64,000 nucleotides of DNA, from positions 1,662 through 65,661 of the forward strand of contig JAAYFC010000053.1 in NCBI GenBank assembly GCA_012728435.1, given 5' to 3'. This DNA comes from Clostridiales bacterium. Lineage in GTDB: Bacteria; Bacillota; Clostridia; Christensenellales; Aristaeellaceae. Below are positions 1 through 9,109 of this stretch, one piece after another (the stretch's first letter is position 1; each line of letters begins with the position of its first letter). Position numbers and translations under genes: made by a program. The notes beneath the pieces were generated by a model. It had not been told where the DNA came from. It made no database searches and saw only the letters and a program-made list of their open reading frames with translations.

Positions 1-2
1 AA

Positions 3-3000
3 GTCAGCGTGCCTGATGGCTATACCTCCAGCGGTGCCGGCAATGCCGCCAATGATTACACCATCACAAACACCTACTACCTGCTGCGCATCACCGGCAA
101 GAAATTGTGGGTGGATGTGCCAGAAGGAGCAACGAAGCCGACGGTCACTTTTAGGCTGTACAGACAAGGAACCATTAATGGCTCAGCCTACACTCAGCAA
201 GTCCCGGGTTCTGGAGATAAATATCCTACTAAGGATAACGATTGGACTGTAATCTGGGACGGCGTTGAACCCAAACAGCCGAATGGTCAACCGTTTTCTT
301 TCTTTGTACGGGAAGTGGAGTTTGCTGGAGGTTACGAAACCACAAACAATGATGCCGTTGTAAATGAAAGCAACGCCTATTCCGCAACCATTACAAACAA
401 GTATACTGGTGGTACTGCAAAAAGCGTTTATGCTACTAAGAGCTGGTTTGCCTCCGCTTCACCCAGCGGTGATTATCCGGAGGTTGAGTTCCGGCTGTAT
501 CGGCATGAGCAAGGCAGCACTGAGAAGGAGCAAGTTGGCGATCCGAAAGTAATCGATGCTCAGTCTGAGGGTCTGGGTATGCCCGGGGAAAACCAGACAG
601 TACAATGGGATGGATTAGAGACCTATTCTCCTGAGGCGAAGCTTTACATTTACTCCGTAGATGAAGTGGAAGTGCCATTTGGCTATAAGAAGAGCGATCC
701 TGTTGGATACGGGACAGAAAGCTCTCCCTTCGTCATCACCAATAAACTCCAGGACGCCCAGATTCAGCTGTTCAAGTTCTATTTAGACAGCAACAATAAT
801 GAAATGCCCGCCCGGGACTTCACTTTCAAACTGGAGGGCAAAGGCGCAAATGGCGTAGACGAGTTCTTGGTTGCCATTCCTGGGAAAGACAACATTGTGG
901 TGAAATCTGGAGAAACCTTCACCATGTCCAGCATTGGAGAAAGTGCAACCATCAGCGGCCTCATGGTTGGGCAGCCCTTTACTGTAACAGAGATGGACAG
1001 TGAAGCCTTCGATGTGCGTAACAGCACCGGGGCTCCCCCCTCAAATTGGGAGTTTGACAACTCAAGAACCATTACCCCAACGGATATCTATCCGATTTTC
1101 CCCTCCCTGACAACAGAGTTTATCAACAAGCTGGTGGGCCAGCTCAAGGTCACCAAGACGGTGACTGGCCTGACGGACGAAGAACTTGTAAGCGCCCCGG
1201 CCTTCAGCTTCAAAGTGACCGGGCCGGAAGGCTTTGACGAATCCTTCACCCTCAAACATGGCGAGAGCAAGGAATTTGACAGCCTGCTGCTGGGCGAATA
1301 CACCGTGACCGAAACCAAGGTGAATGGTTATACAACCACCATGAACCCGGCAGACGGCAAGGTTACCCTGAGTCTGGACAACCGCAGCCAGACGGTGGCT
1401 GTCACCAACAACTACACCGGCAGCCCAAGGGAGAAGGTGGTCACAAAGAAGTGGGTCACCACCGTGATGCCGGAAGGCGACTTCCCCACCCTGATGATCC
1501 AGGTTTACCGCCGGATTGGCAGCTCGGGTAACGGCACCCCGGTGGGTGACCCCAAAGAGCTCAGCACCGGCTCTGCCACAACTGACAGCATCACCTTCAC
1601 CGGGCTGCCCTTCTACGCCCCTTCCGGCGCACAGTACACCTACTACGTACGGGAAACCACGGTGCCCAACGGCTACACCGTCAAATACCCCGGTGCCGGC
1701 AACGCGGCGACGCCCGTTACCATCACCAATACCTATGACGGTAACACCAGCCATGAGCCAGGTGTGCCCTCTGGACCGGTGAGCATCAAGGCCACCAAGA
1801 AGTGGACCGGTCTGCCTCAGAACACCAATGGCGCTACGGTCGAACTGCAGCTGGTGCGCAGCGGTGCGGCCTTTGGCGACCTGGAGACTTTAACGGACAC
1901 AGGCAACCAGACCACACCCCACCAGAGCGTACACACCTGGGATAATCTGTACAAATTTGCGCCAGATGGCAAAATGTACGCCTACACAGTAGAGGAGCCC
2001 ACGGTGCCCAACGGCTACACGGCAGCAGTCACAGGTGACGCCACGGACGGCTTCACGGTGACCAATACCTACGATGGTGTGACGACAGACGACGACGACC
2101 CGACGAACGACACCAAGATTGAAGTCAAGGCGACGAAGGTGTTTAAGGACACACCAACAGGAGCAACGCTGCCTGAAGTGACCTTGAGCCTGACGGGCGC
2201 AGCACCGCAGACAGTCGAAGACAAGACGATTCCCAGCGGCACGGCTACCAGTGTTGAAGTGACTTGGACAGACCTGCTGCGCTTCAAGGCGGACAGCACA
2301 GCCTTTGAGTATGGCGTGGAAGAGTCAGAAGTACCCAACGGCTACACGGTAGCAGTCACAGGTGACGCCACGGACGGCTTCACGGTGACCAATACCTACG
2401 ATGGTCTTGGAGGTGAAGAACCAGTTGTATTCACCGCCAAGAAGATGTGGGAGAACATCCCGGACGGGACAGCGGCAGACAAAATGCCCAAGGCGACCAT
2501 CACCCTGTATCAGGATGGTGAGGAGCATGGGACAGCCAAGGAGCTGACCGCGACCGGCAACGGCACCCAGGAAGCCAAGTGGGAGAACCTGCTCAAGTAC
2601 GCGCCGGATGGATCGGAGTTCGTGTACACGGCGAAGGAAACAGCGGCCTCCAATGGTTACAAGCTGACCGTAAGCGATGACAAGCTGACCTTCACCAACA
2701 CCTACGACGGTACATCCACCAACAACCCGGATCCGGATGATCCTGAGGACACCACCAACCCAGAGAACCCGAAGACTGAGTACGCTGCCTTGACCGCCAA
2801 GAAGGTCTGGGCGAACATTCCTGAAGGAACCGAAAGCTTCCCGAAGGCGACCATCACCCTGTACCAGGATGGTGAGGAGCATGGGACAGCCAAGGAGCTG
2901 ACCGCGGACGGCAACGGTGAGCAGGAAGCCAAGTGGGAGAACCTGCTCAAGTACGCGCCGGATGGAACGGAGTTCGTGTACACAGCGAAGGAGACGGCTG

Positions 3001-3470
3001 CATCCAATGGTTACAAGCTGACCATCAGTGATGACAAGCTGACCTTCACCAACACCTACGACGGCACATCCACCAACAACCCGGATCCGGATGATCCTGA
3101 GGACACCACCAGCCCAGAGAACCCGAAGACCAAGCAGGTGGACATTACAGCCACCAAGGTTTGGAAGGGTGTTCCTGCAGGGGATAAAGTGCCGCAGATT
3201 AGCTTCCAGCTAACCCAGAACGGCAAGGCCTTTGAAGAGGCCATCACCCTGGAACCAGGGACCACCACAGCCACCTGGACAAAGCTAGCTGCTTATACGC
3301 CTGATGGACAGGATTTCCGTTATGACGTGACGGAGGAGAAGGTACCTGCTGGCTACAGCATGAGAAAGCAGGGCTTTGAAATCACCAATACCTTCGTGAC
3401 AGATAAGCCCACCATCACCGTGCTGCTGGGCACTGGCTTGAACAACAACCTGGGTGACTGTATCGACTGA
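3..3470 (+). CDS. Cna-B / SpaA-type repeat surface adhesin (5' end outside window)
   Basis: The frame is open from the window edge to the TGA at 3468-3470. There are about ten 90-120 aa modules, each opening with TKxW / KKxW and closing with VPxGY...TNTY(D)G, the pattern of Cna-B (prealbumin-fold) stalk domains. Linkers are D/P/T-rich. There is no LPXTG plus hydrophobic tail at the C-terminus. Confidence 0.85.
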   Translation, partial: VSVPDGYTSSGAGNAANDYTITNTYYLLRITGKKLWVDVPEGATKPTVTFRLYRQGTINGSAYTQQVPGSGDKYPTKDNDWTVIWDGVEPKQPNGQPFSFFVREVEFAGGYETTNNDAVVNESNAYSATITNKYTGGTAKSVYATKSWFASASPSGDYPEVEFRLYRHEQGSTEKEQVGDPKVIDAQSEGLGMPGENQTVQWDGLETYSPEAKLYIYSVDEVEVPFGYKKSDPVGYGTESSPFVITNKLQDAQIQLFKFYLDSNNNEMPARDFTFKLEGKGANGVDEFLVAIPGKDNIVVKSGETFTMSSIGESATISGLMVGQPFTVTEMDSEAFDVRNSTGAPPSNWEFDNSRTITPTDIYPIFPSLTTEFINKLVGQLKVTKTVTGLTDEELVSAPAFSFKVTGPEGFDESFTLKHGESKEFDSLLLGEYTVTETKVNGYTTTMNPADGKVTLSLDNRSQTVAVTNNYTGSPREKVVTKKWVTTVMPEGDFPTLMIQVYRRIGSSGNGTPVGDPKELSTGSATTDSITFTGLPFYAPSGAQYTYYVRETTVPNGYTVKYPGAGNAATPVTITNTYDGNTSHEPGVPSGPVSIKATKKWTGLPQNTNGATVELQLVRSGAAFGDLETLTDTGNQTTPHQSVHTWDNLYKFAPDGKMYAYTVEEPTVPNGYTAAVTGDATDGFTVTNTYDGVTTDDDDPTNDTKIEVKATKVFKDTPTGATLPEVTLSLTGAAPQTVEDKTIPSGTATSVEVTWTDLLRFKADSTAFEYGVEESEVPNGYTVAVTGDATDGFTVTNTYDGLGGEEPVVFTAKKMWENIPDGTAADKMPKATITLYQDGEEHGTAKELTATGNGTQEAKWENLLKYAPDGSEFVYTAKETAASNGYKLTVSDDKLTFTNTYDGTSTNNPDPDDPEDTTNPENPKTEYAALTAKKVWANIPEGTESFPKATITLYQDGEEHGTAKELTADGNGEQEAKWENLLKYAPDGTEFVYTAKETAASNGYKLTISDDKLTFTNTYDGTSTNNPDPDDPEDTTSPENPKTKQVDITATKVWKGVPAGDKVPQISFQLTQNGKAFEEAITLEPGTTTATWTKLAAYTPDGQDFRYDVTEEKVPAGYSMRKQGFEITNTFVTDKPTITVLLGTGLNNNLGDCID
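2430..3146. repeat. Tandem ~360-bp duplication (two near-identical Cna-B modules) inside the adhesin gene
   Basis: Units 2430-2789 and 2790-3146 align almost base for base. Both encode KATITLYQDGEEHGTAKELTA.GNG.QEAKWENLLKYAPDG.EFVYTAKETAASNGYKLT.SDDKLTFTNTYDGTSTNNPDPDDPEDTT.PENPKT. A further ~75-85 bp copy pair lies at 2003-2087 and 2331-2405. Confidence 0.9.
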
Positions 3471-3490
3471 TTCTGTTACAAGTTGAACCT

Positions 3491-3526
3491 GCACCCCCGG
3501 GAGCATTTCTGGGGGTGCTGCATTTC
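3491..3526 (+). terminator. Putative intrinsic terminator after the adhesin gene
   Basis: An 8-bp GC stem, GCACCCCC (3491-3498) / GGGGGTGC (3511-3518), is followed by a weak T-containing tail. Confidence 0.5.
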
Positions 3527-3538
3527 ATACAGACAAAC

Positions 3539-3567
3539 ACGACAAAGCGCTTAAAGCAGGGTATAAT
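3539..3567 (+). promoter_or_regulatory. Putative sigma-A promoter of the Rrf2 regulator gene
   Basis: A perfect -10 TATAAT lies at 3562-3567. The -35 is a partial ACGACA at 3539-3544 with a 17-nt spacer. Confidence 0.4.
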
Positions 3568-3629
3568 ACCTTCGTCGTATACTTTAAGTGCGGGTTTACG
3601 GGATATTCCAATAAGAAAGGCGCCACAAG

Positions 3630-4037
3630 ATGCAATTAAACCTATCTACCGACTACGCAATCAGGAGCATGGTCCACCTGGCTCAGATGCCGGGGGGCGA
3701 CAGTGCGTCCGGAATCTCCAAGATGATTGGCATCGAAAGGGTCCACACCCAGAAGATTCTGCGCAGTCTGCAGAAGGCTGATCTAGTCAAAAGCACGATG
3801 GGGAGCATGGGCGGCTTTTCTCTCACCCGTCCGCCGGACACCATCACCCTCCTGGACATCATCATCGCCATGGAAAAGACCATTCTGATCAACCGCTGCT
3901 TGGAGGAGGATCGCTTTTGCAGCCTCACCCGCACCCATGTGTGCCCGGTGCGCAGTGTGTATATCAACTTACAGACCCAGGTGGAGGATTATTTGCGCTC
4001 ATGGAGCTTGACCAAGCTGCTAGAAGAGGCCAAATGA
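3630..4037 (+). CDS. Rrf2 family transcriptional regulator (IscR/CymR-like)
   Basis: The N-terminus MQLNLSTDYAIRSMVHLAQ is the typical Rrf2 winged helix. The C-terminal half has a three-Cys cluster (CLEEDRFCSLTRTHVC), consistent with Fe-S ligation. The protein is 135 aa. Confidence 0.9.
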   Translation: MQLNLSTDYAIRSMVHLAQMPGGDSASGISKMIGIERVHTQKILRSLQKADLVKSTMGSMGGFSLTRPPDTITLLDIIIAMEKTILINRCLEEDRFCSLTRTHVCPVRSVYINLQTQVEDYLRSWSLTKLLEEAK

Positions 4038-4066
4038 TACCCGCCCGATAAGTCGCCGTTTTCTTT

Positions 4067-4091
4067 CTGCCACGCCAAGTGGCAGTTTTTT
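4067..4091 (+). terminator. Intrinsic terminator of the Rrf2 gene
   Basis: The stem CTGCCAC / GTGGCAG has a 5-nt loop and is followed by TTTTTT. Confidence 0.8.
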
Positions 4092-4272
4092 GCATAATAA
4101 ATTGAGGCCGCCTCGCTTAGAAATGGCCTCCTTCAATTGGAATCATCCAAGGCTAGGCTTGTACAGCTTAATAGCGATGGCGATAACACGAACTGAATGT
4201 AAATCACGGCAACGCAGTTGCAAAGACCCCGGCTGCTGAAAGTATCTTACAACAAAGCTCACAAAACCTCGC

Positions 4273-5406
4273 CTAGGTACTTTTTCCCTCCATCAACTCC
4301 ACAGGAATCTGGCGAATCTGCCGGCGCATATTTTTGTTGGCCAACATGCTTTCCAGGATATCCAGTGCGCTATGGGCGATGGCAGTTTCATCCTGTTTGA
4401 CATGGGTAAAAAAGTATTCACCCAAATAGCCGTATTTTTCATCAAAGCAGCAAATGGATAGGTCTTTTGGATCATCGCGGCCCAGCTGACGCGCGGCGGC
4501 GTGAACCAGGCGGGCGATGCCATATTCAGCGCACACAACAGCGCTTACCTCCTGGTGCGCGTTCAGCCAATTCATCAGGAACTCCTGGGTTGCAGGCTGG
4601 CCCCGGTCTTGCGGATGTGCAGGATAGGCAAACTGGGCAACCTGGGGGACGACCACCGGCAAGGCGGCGGTGAGCCCGGCCCCCTCCATCGCCTTTTTAT
4701 AGCCCTGGTAGCGGTCCTCCAGGGAGATGGCCTCGGACACTTCGGAGGTGAGGTACATAATGCGGCGATGCCCGCGGCTTTGCAAATGCTGTGTCAGCAT
4801 GCTTGCGCCTTCCTCATGACGGGAGCAGACGCAGGGGGCTGGGATGCCCAGCAGCGGCCTGTCCAGCAGCACCACGGGGAAATGATCCAGCACCAGGCGT
4901 AAAAGATCCGTGTCGTAGTAGGTGCCATGCGCGGGCATCACCAACAGGCCTTCCACGTCAAGGGCAAGCAGTTGGTGTAAAGATTTTCGTTCCACCGCTT
5001 GCTGTCCATAGGATACCCCAAGACAGATTTGGAAACCACGCTGGCTGGCCAGTTGATCCAGCGCGTAGAACAGGCTCATGGCGTAGGATTCGCCCAAGTC
5101 CTCCATAATCAGCCCAATACGCCTTTGACCATTTTTGCTGGCAGCCATTTTAAGGCGGGCACTGGCCATAAAACGCCCTGGTTGAAGCGATTGCGACACA
5201 AAGGTGCCCAGCCCCCGTTTGCGGACAACAAGCCCCTGATCAGCCAATAAATTCAGCGCACGCTTGCTGGTGATGCGGCTGACACCAAACTGATCGGCAA
5301 GCTGCATCTCGGTGGGCAATTGATCCCCCGGCTTCCAGTCGCCATTGGTGATTCCTTGCGCGATGTGGCGGTAGAGGATTTCGTATTGATAAGAGAGTTC
5401 ATCCAT
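4273..5406 (-). CDS. AraR-type chimeric regulator (GntR winged-HTH plus LacI/PBP1 sugar-binding core)
   Basis: The N-terminus has a GntR signature (LPTEMQLADQFGVSRITSKRALNLLADQGLVVRKRGLGTFV). About 270 aa of periplasmic-binding-protein-like fold follow. It is divergent from the ABC operon. The start is uncertain: ATG at 5406 versus GTG at 5418, which sits next to an AAGGGAG site. Confidence 0.85.
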   Translation of the reverse strand: MDELSYQYEILYRHIAQGITNGDWKPGDQLPTEMQLADQFGVSRITSKRALNLLADQGLVVRKRGLGTFVSQSLQPGRFMASARLKMAASKNGQRRIGLIMEDLGESYAMSLFYALDQLASQRGFQICLGVSYGQQAVERKSLHQLLALDVEGLLVMPAHGTYYDTDLLRLVLDHFPVVLLDRPLLGIPAPCVCSRHEEGASMLTQHLQSRGHRRIMYLTSEVSEAISLEDRYQGYKKAMEGAGLTAALPVVVPQVAQFAYPAHPQDRGQPATQEFLMNWLNAHQEVSAVVCAEYGIARLVHAAARQLGRDDPKDLSICCFDEKYGYLGEYFFTHVKQDETAIAHSALDILESMLANKNMRRQIRQIPVELMEGKST

Positions 5407-5418
5407 GTTGTGCAGCAC

Positions 5419-5720
5419 ACTCCCTTTGTCTGTATTTTATGCTTACAGCATATCAAATATATCATTTAAGCGCAAGCCTTTATCAATCATTCTGAGCGTA
5501 TAATCATCAGAAAATAAGAGAAAACATAATGCATACAAACGGAAAACGCGTGTATCTTCATAGCGGCATCCGGCTTGTCCAATGGTCACAAGGCACACAT
5601 GTAAAAAGAAAAATAGTTATAATGATATATAATGGAATAAAGTGGTATACTAATCATAACAGTATGTGTATGCCCAAAAACCACATGAGGGCTGCATGTC
5701 AACATGAATGGAGGTTAAAC
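5419..5720. promoter_or_regulatory. AT-rich divergent control region between the regulator and the ABC operon
   Basis: This ~300-bp region is clearly AT-richer than its flanks and has several TATAAT-like boxes (GTATAATCAT, GTTATAATGAT, TATATAAT, GGTATACT). An imperfect inverted repeat ATACAAACG-N5-CGCGTGTAT lies at 5533-5555. These are operator candidates only. Confidence 0.45.
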
Positions 5721-7094
5721 ATGAAAGGAAACACCATCAAAAAACTTCTGTCGATGGCTCTGGCGCTGTCCATGTTTCTGTCCTTAGGCTTCGTCTTAAG
5801 CGTTCAGGCGGAGGACATCGGCACCGTCAGAATCCTGACCAACGTAACCGGCGGCAAGGACGAGGCAGAGATGCTGCTGTTCGGTGAGGCTTTTGGCAAA
5901 GGCATCAACGGCACTGTCATCATGGAAAAGCCAACCGCCAACTACGGCGAATACGTGATGAACAAACTCAATGCAGGGGAGCAGTATGATTTGATCTATG
6001 TCGCCCTGCAGGATCTGTACGACATGCAAAAGGACGAAATCCTGACTGATTTGACCGATTGGGTCAAGGCGTCACCCATCCTGGGCGATCCAGACGTTGT
6101 GCCCGAGCAGGAATGGGAGCAGCTGACAATCAATGGCCGCATCTGGGGCGGTTTCAACAAGACTGAAGTGCACAAGCTTCCGGCCATCAACACGGTGATT
6201 GCCAACAAGGCCGGTGTGGATCTGGAAAAGGTAGAGCCCACGCTGGAAGGCTATCACGAATTGTTCAAGCAACTGCAGGCAGTTGGTGGGGAGGGCTTCT
6301 ACGCTTTCAACACCCACATCCCCGGGCTTCATGACCTGCAGCCCTGGTTTGCCGCAGTGGATCTGAAGATGGGCTTTGCCAAGAATGAGGATGGCTCCCT
6401 GTACATCCCCATCGCGACTGAGGCAGCCATCCCCGTATGGGAGTGGTTTGCTCAGCTGTACAAGGAAGGGCTGATGGATCCCGATGCCCTGATTAACACA
6501 ACGGGCGACATGCGCAACAAGATGATGGCTGGACAGACCGGCCTGGTTGTTGACTGGGCCGCCTGGGTAGGCCTTTACAATGTGCGCTCGGGCGAGAATT
6601 ATCCGGATGTGGTCAACGTGATGCCCTTGGGCGGCGTGAAGAATTCCAATGGCGACTTCATGTTCTCCCGCGGGGACCCATCCATCTGGGTTATCCCCAT
6701 CAACGCCAATAACCCCGAAGGGGGCTTCAAGGCACTTGAGTACATGGCAACCCAGGAAGGCGGCCAGCTGCTGTCCATTGGCATTGAAGGGCATGACTAC
6801 AACGTGGTGGACGGCAAGGTGGTCATGACCGAGATTGGCTTAAGCCACGGCAATGATCACGGCGCGCCGGTGCCCACCAGCCGCAAGTATGTAAGCCCTG
6901 TTCCGCTTAACCCCGGTTTTGCGGAGGCGATGGCCTTCCTGCCGTACGCATCTTTGGACATGAGCACTGACATGAACAACACCTACAAGGAAATCGTGGC
7001 CAAGTACGCCACCGAGATCATTATTGGCACCAAGACCGGCGCTGAAGGTGTGGAAGCCATGCAAAAGGAGCTCAAGGAGCGCGGCGTAATCTAA
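5721..7094 (+). CDS. ABC transporter extracellular solute-binding protein (family 1, oligosaccharide type)
   Basis: The ATG at 5721 is preceded by GGAGG. The signal peptide is MKGNTIKKLLSMALALSMFLSLGFVLSVQA. The ~457-aa size and composition are typical of a CUT1 binding protein. The in-frame upstream extension from 5529 has no ribosome-binding site. Confidence 0.85.
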   Translation: MKGNTIKKLLSMALALSMFLSLGFVLSVQAEDIGTVRILTNVTGGKDEAEMLLFGEAFGKGINGTVIMEKPTANYGEYVMNKLNAGEQYDLIYVALQDLYDMQKDEILTDLTDWVKASPILGDPDVVPEQEWEQLTINGRIWGGFNKTEVHKLPAINTVIANKAGVDLEKVEPTLEGYHELFKQLQAVGGEGFYAFNTHIPGLHDLQPWFAAVDLKMGFAKNEDGSLYIPIATEAAIPVWEWFAQLYKEGLMDPDALINTTGDMRNKMMAGQTGLVVDWAAWVGLYNVRSGENYPDVVNVMPLGGVKNSNGDFMFSRGDPSIWVIPINANNPEGGFKALEYMATQEGGQLLSIGIEGHDYNVVDGKVVMTEIGLSHGNDHGAPVPTSRKYVSPVPLNPGFAEAMAFLPYASLDMSTDMNNTYKEIVAKYATEIIIGTKTGAEGVEAMQKELKERGVI

Positions 7095-7126
7095 TCCAAG
7101 CTTCTGACCAAAAGACCGATGATTTC

Positions 7127-7156
7127 GCTGGTCCGCTGAGCCATCAGCGGGCCAGC
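7127..7156 (+). other. Intercistronic stem-loop between the binding-protein and permease genes
   Basis: A 13-bp stem, GCTGGTCCGCTGA / TCAGCGGGCCAGC (one G-U pair), has a 4-nt loop and no T-run. Confidence 0.5.
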
Positions 7157-7251
7157 ATTACAATAATCAGCCTGCTACCTGACTCAAACTGCAGCTTTCG
7201 TCCAGTATATATCGTCTCGTAGAACATCAATTTTAATAGGCCCAGGAGGTC

Positions 7252-8193
7252 GTGATGAGCACCATTCAAGCGCAGCCCCCCCTCACCAGACGGCAGCAAC
7301 ACCGTGCGTGGCGCAGGCGCAAAATGTGGCAGTACAAAAGCATCTATCTGATGATTGTGCCTGTGTTTTTGTATTTTGCCATTTTCACTTTTTACCCGCT
7401 AGGCCTTGGCTTGGTGCAGAGTTTTCAGCGCGTTCCCTTGATTGGCAAGGCCACCTACATCGGCGTGACCAACTACCAGCAGGTGCTCAAGGACCCCATC
7501 TTCATCAAATCCATGACCAACTCCATGCTGGTGGGGACCACTTCGCTGCTCATCAACCTGGCAGTTGCCCTTGTGTTGGCCATCTCTGTCAACGAGGTTC
7601 GAAACCGCTTTAGCAAATCCCTCATTCAAACCGCCACCTTCCTTCCGTATCTATTTTCTTGGACGGTAGTTGGCGGGATGTGGCTGCAGATTTTAGCTCA
7701 CAACGGCATGATGAACAACTTCTTAGCTTTGGTGGGGCTGGACCGCTTGCCATTTTTCACCTCCCCTGTATGGGGGCGTCCGGTCATCCTGTTCACCAAT
7801 GCCTGGAAGCAGGCGGGTTATTTTGTGGTACTCATGTTGGCCAGTGTGGTCAGCATCGATCCAACCATCTATGAAGCGGCCCGCATCGACGGTGCTTCCC
7901 GGATCAAACAAATCAGCTACATCATCATCCCTCAGGTCTGGCCCACCATCAAGACACTTCTTGTTTTAGGGGCAACCGGTGTGCTTCGCAATTTTGACCA
8001 GGTATTGATTATGAACCGCCCGGCGACCAAGGACAGCATCCGGACTTTGCTTTTGTATATCTACGAAGAGGGCATCACAAAACGGCGCATCGGCACCGCC
8101 ACAGCGGCTGCCAGCGTGGTGATGGTGATAACCTTGGTGATTACCGTGGTTGTCAGGCGCATGGCGCGCTACGACCAGGATGCCAGCTATTAA
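7252..8193 (+). CDS. Sugar ABC transporter permease (LplB/MalF-like)
   Basis: AGGAGG lies upstream. The protein has six predicted hydrophobic spans and the ABC TMD loop EAARIDGASRIKQISYIIIP (EAA motif). Confidence 0.9.
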   Translation: MMSTIQAQPPLTRRQQHRAWRRRKMWQYKSIYLMIVPVFLYFAIFTFYPLGLGLVQSFQRVPLIGKATYIGVTNYQQVLKDPIFIKSMTNSMLVGTTSLLINLAVALVLAISVNEVRNRFSKSLIQTATFLPYLFSWTVVGGMWLQILAHNGMMNNFLALVGLDRLPFFTSPVWGRPVILFTNAWKQAGYFVVLMLASVVSIDPTIYEAARIDGASRIKQISYIIIPQVWPTIKTLLVLGATGVLRNFDQVLIMNRPATKDSIRTLLLYIYEEGITKRRIGTATAAASVVMVITLVITVVVRRMARYDQDASY

Positions 8194-8202
8194 GGAGGGG
8201 AC

Positions 8203-9099
8203 ATGAGCACAAAATTGTCTGACAGGCCAGAGAAACTGCCCAAGGCCAACCGGAATGAGCTGCCCCCTTTGGGCCGCGTCATCAACGCGGTATTCCTGGT
8301 CCTGATTTTCTTAATTATGCTTTTGCCCATGGTGAATGTGCTGGCCATTTCGCTGTCCAGCAACGCGGCGTCCCAGGTCTCGGATGTGACCTTATGGCCG
8401 AAGAATTTTTCGACCGAGGGCTATACCTTCATCTGGAACGCCCAGAACCTGGGCAGGGCTTTTGGCAACAGCTCCTTTGTATCAGTGGTGGGCACCCTGT
8501 TCACGGTGTTTATTTCATCCATGGCAGGCTACGCGCTGATTCAGCGCGAACTCCCCTTCCGCAAGGCAATTGCCACAGGCATCTTAATCACCATGATGAT
8601 CCCCGGGGACTTGACCTTGGTGTCCATCTTCTCCCTAAACAAGGCACTGGGGCTCATCGACTCCTACCGGGGGCTGATTCTAAACGGCTTGGTGTCCGCT
8701 TTTTCCATCATGCTGATGCGCAACTATTTCCTCTCAGTGCCCGAATCCCTGGCGGAATCCGGACGGATTGACAACGCCTCGGAGCTGCGCATCTTTTTGT
8801 CCATCTACCTGCCCTTGTCTTTGCCTGGCCTTGCGGCCATCACCTTCCTGGAGTTTATCGGCAAATGGAACTCCTTCATGGTGCCCCTGATTATCACCAC
8901 CAAGCCGCAGCTGTTTACCCTGCCAATTATCCTCCGGCAGCTAACCCAGCCTACAGACTCCACCTCCGGCGTGGTGCAGATTTATGAGAACGCACGCATG
9001 GCGGCCATTGTCATCACCGTCATCCCCTTGCTTGTGCTGTACAGCTTTGCCCAGCGGTTTTTAATTGGCGGCTTGACCTTGGGCGCATCCAAAGGCTAA
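8203..9099 (+). CDS. Sugar ABC transporter permease (LplC/MalG-like)
   Basis: It starts 9 nt after the previous stop. It is a multi-span membrane protein with the EAA-like loop ESGRIDNASELRIFLSIYLP. Confidence 0.9.
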   Translation: MSTKLSDRPEKLPKANRNELPPLGRVINAVFLVLIFLIMLLPMVNVLAISLSSNAASQVSDVTLWPKNFSTEGYTFIWNAQNLGRAFGNSSFVSVVGTLFTVFISSMAGYALIQRELPFRKAIATGILITMMIPGDLTLVSIFSLNKALGLIDSYRGLILNGLVSAFSIMLMRNYFLSVPESLAESGRIDNASELRIFLSIYLPLSLPGLAAITFLEFIGKWNSFMVPLIITTKPQLFTLPIILRQLTQPTDSTSGVVQIYENARMAAIVITVIPLLVLYSFAQRFLIGGLTLGASKG

Positions 9100-9109
9100 G
9101 GGAGGGAAT

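Noticed and set aside
5529-5720. N-terminal extensions in the ORF track. Examples: 5529 for the binding protein, 20189 for fucI, 30786-31700 for the HAD gene, 31333 for the PG-binding protein, 48953 for groES, 62615 for glnS, 37012, 37897, 53673 and 55288.
   Set aside because: The extensions lack ribosome-binding sites, overlap neighbouring genes or regulatory elements, and encode non-protein-like sequence. Internal ATG or GTG codons with good Shine-Dalgarno spacing give N-termini that match the families or proper signal peptides.
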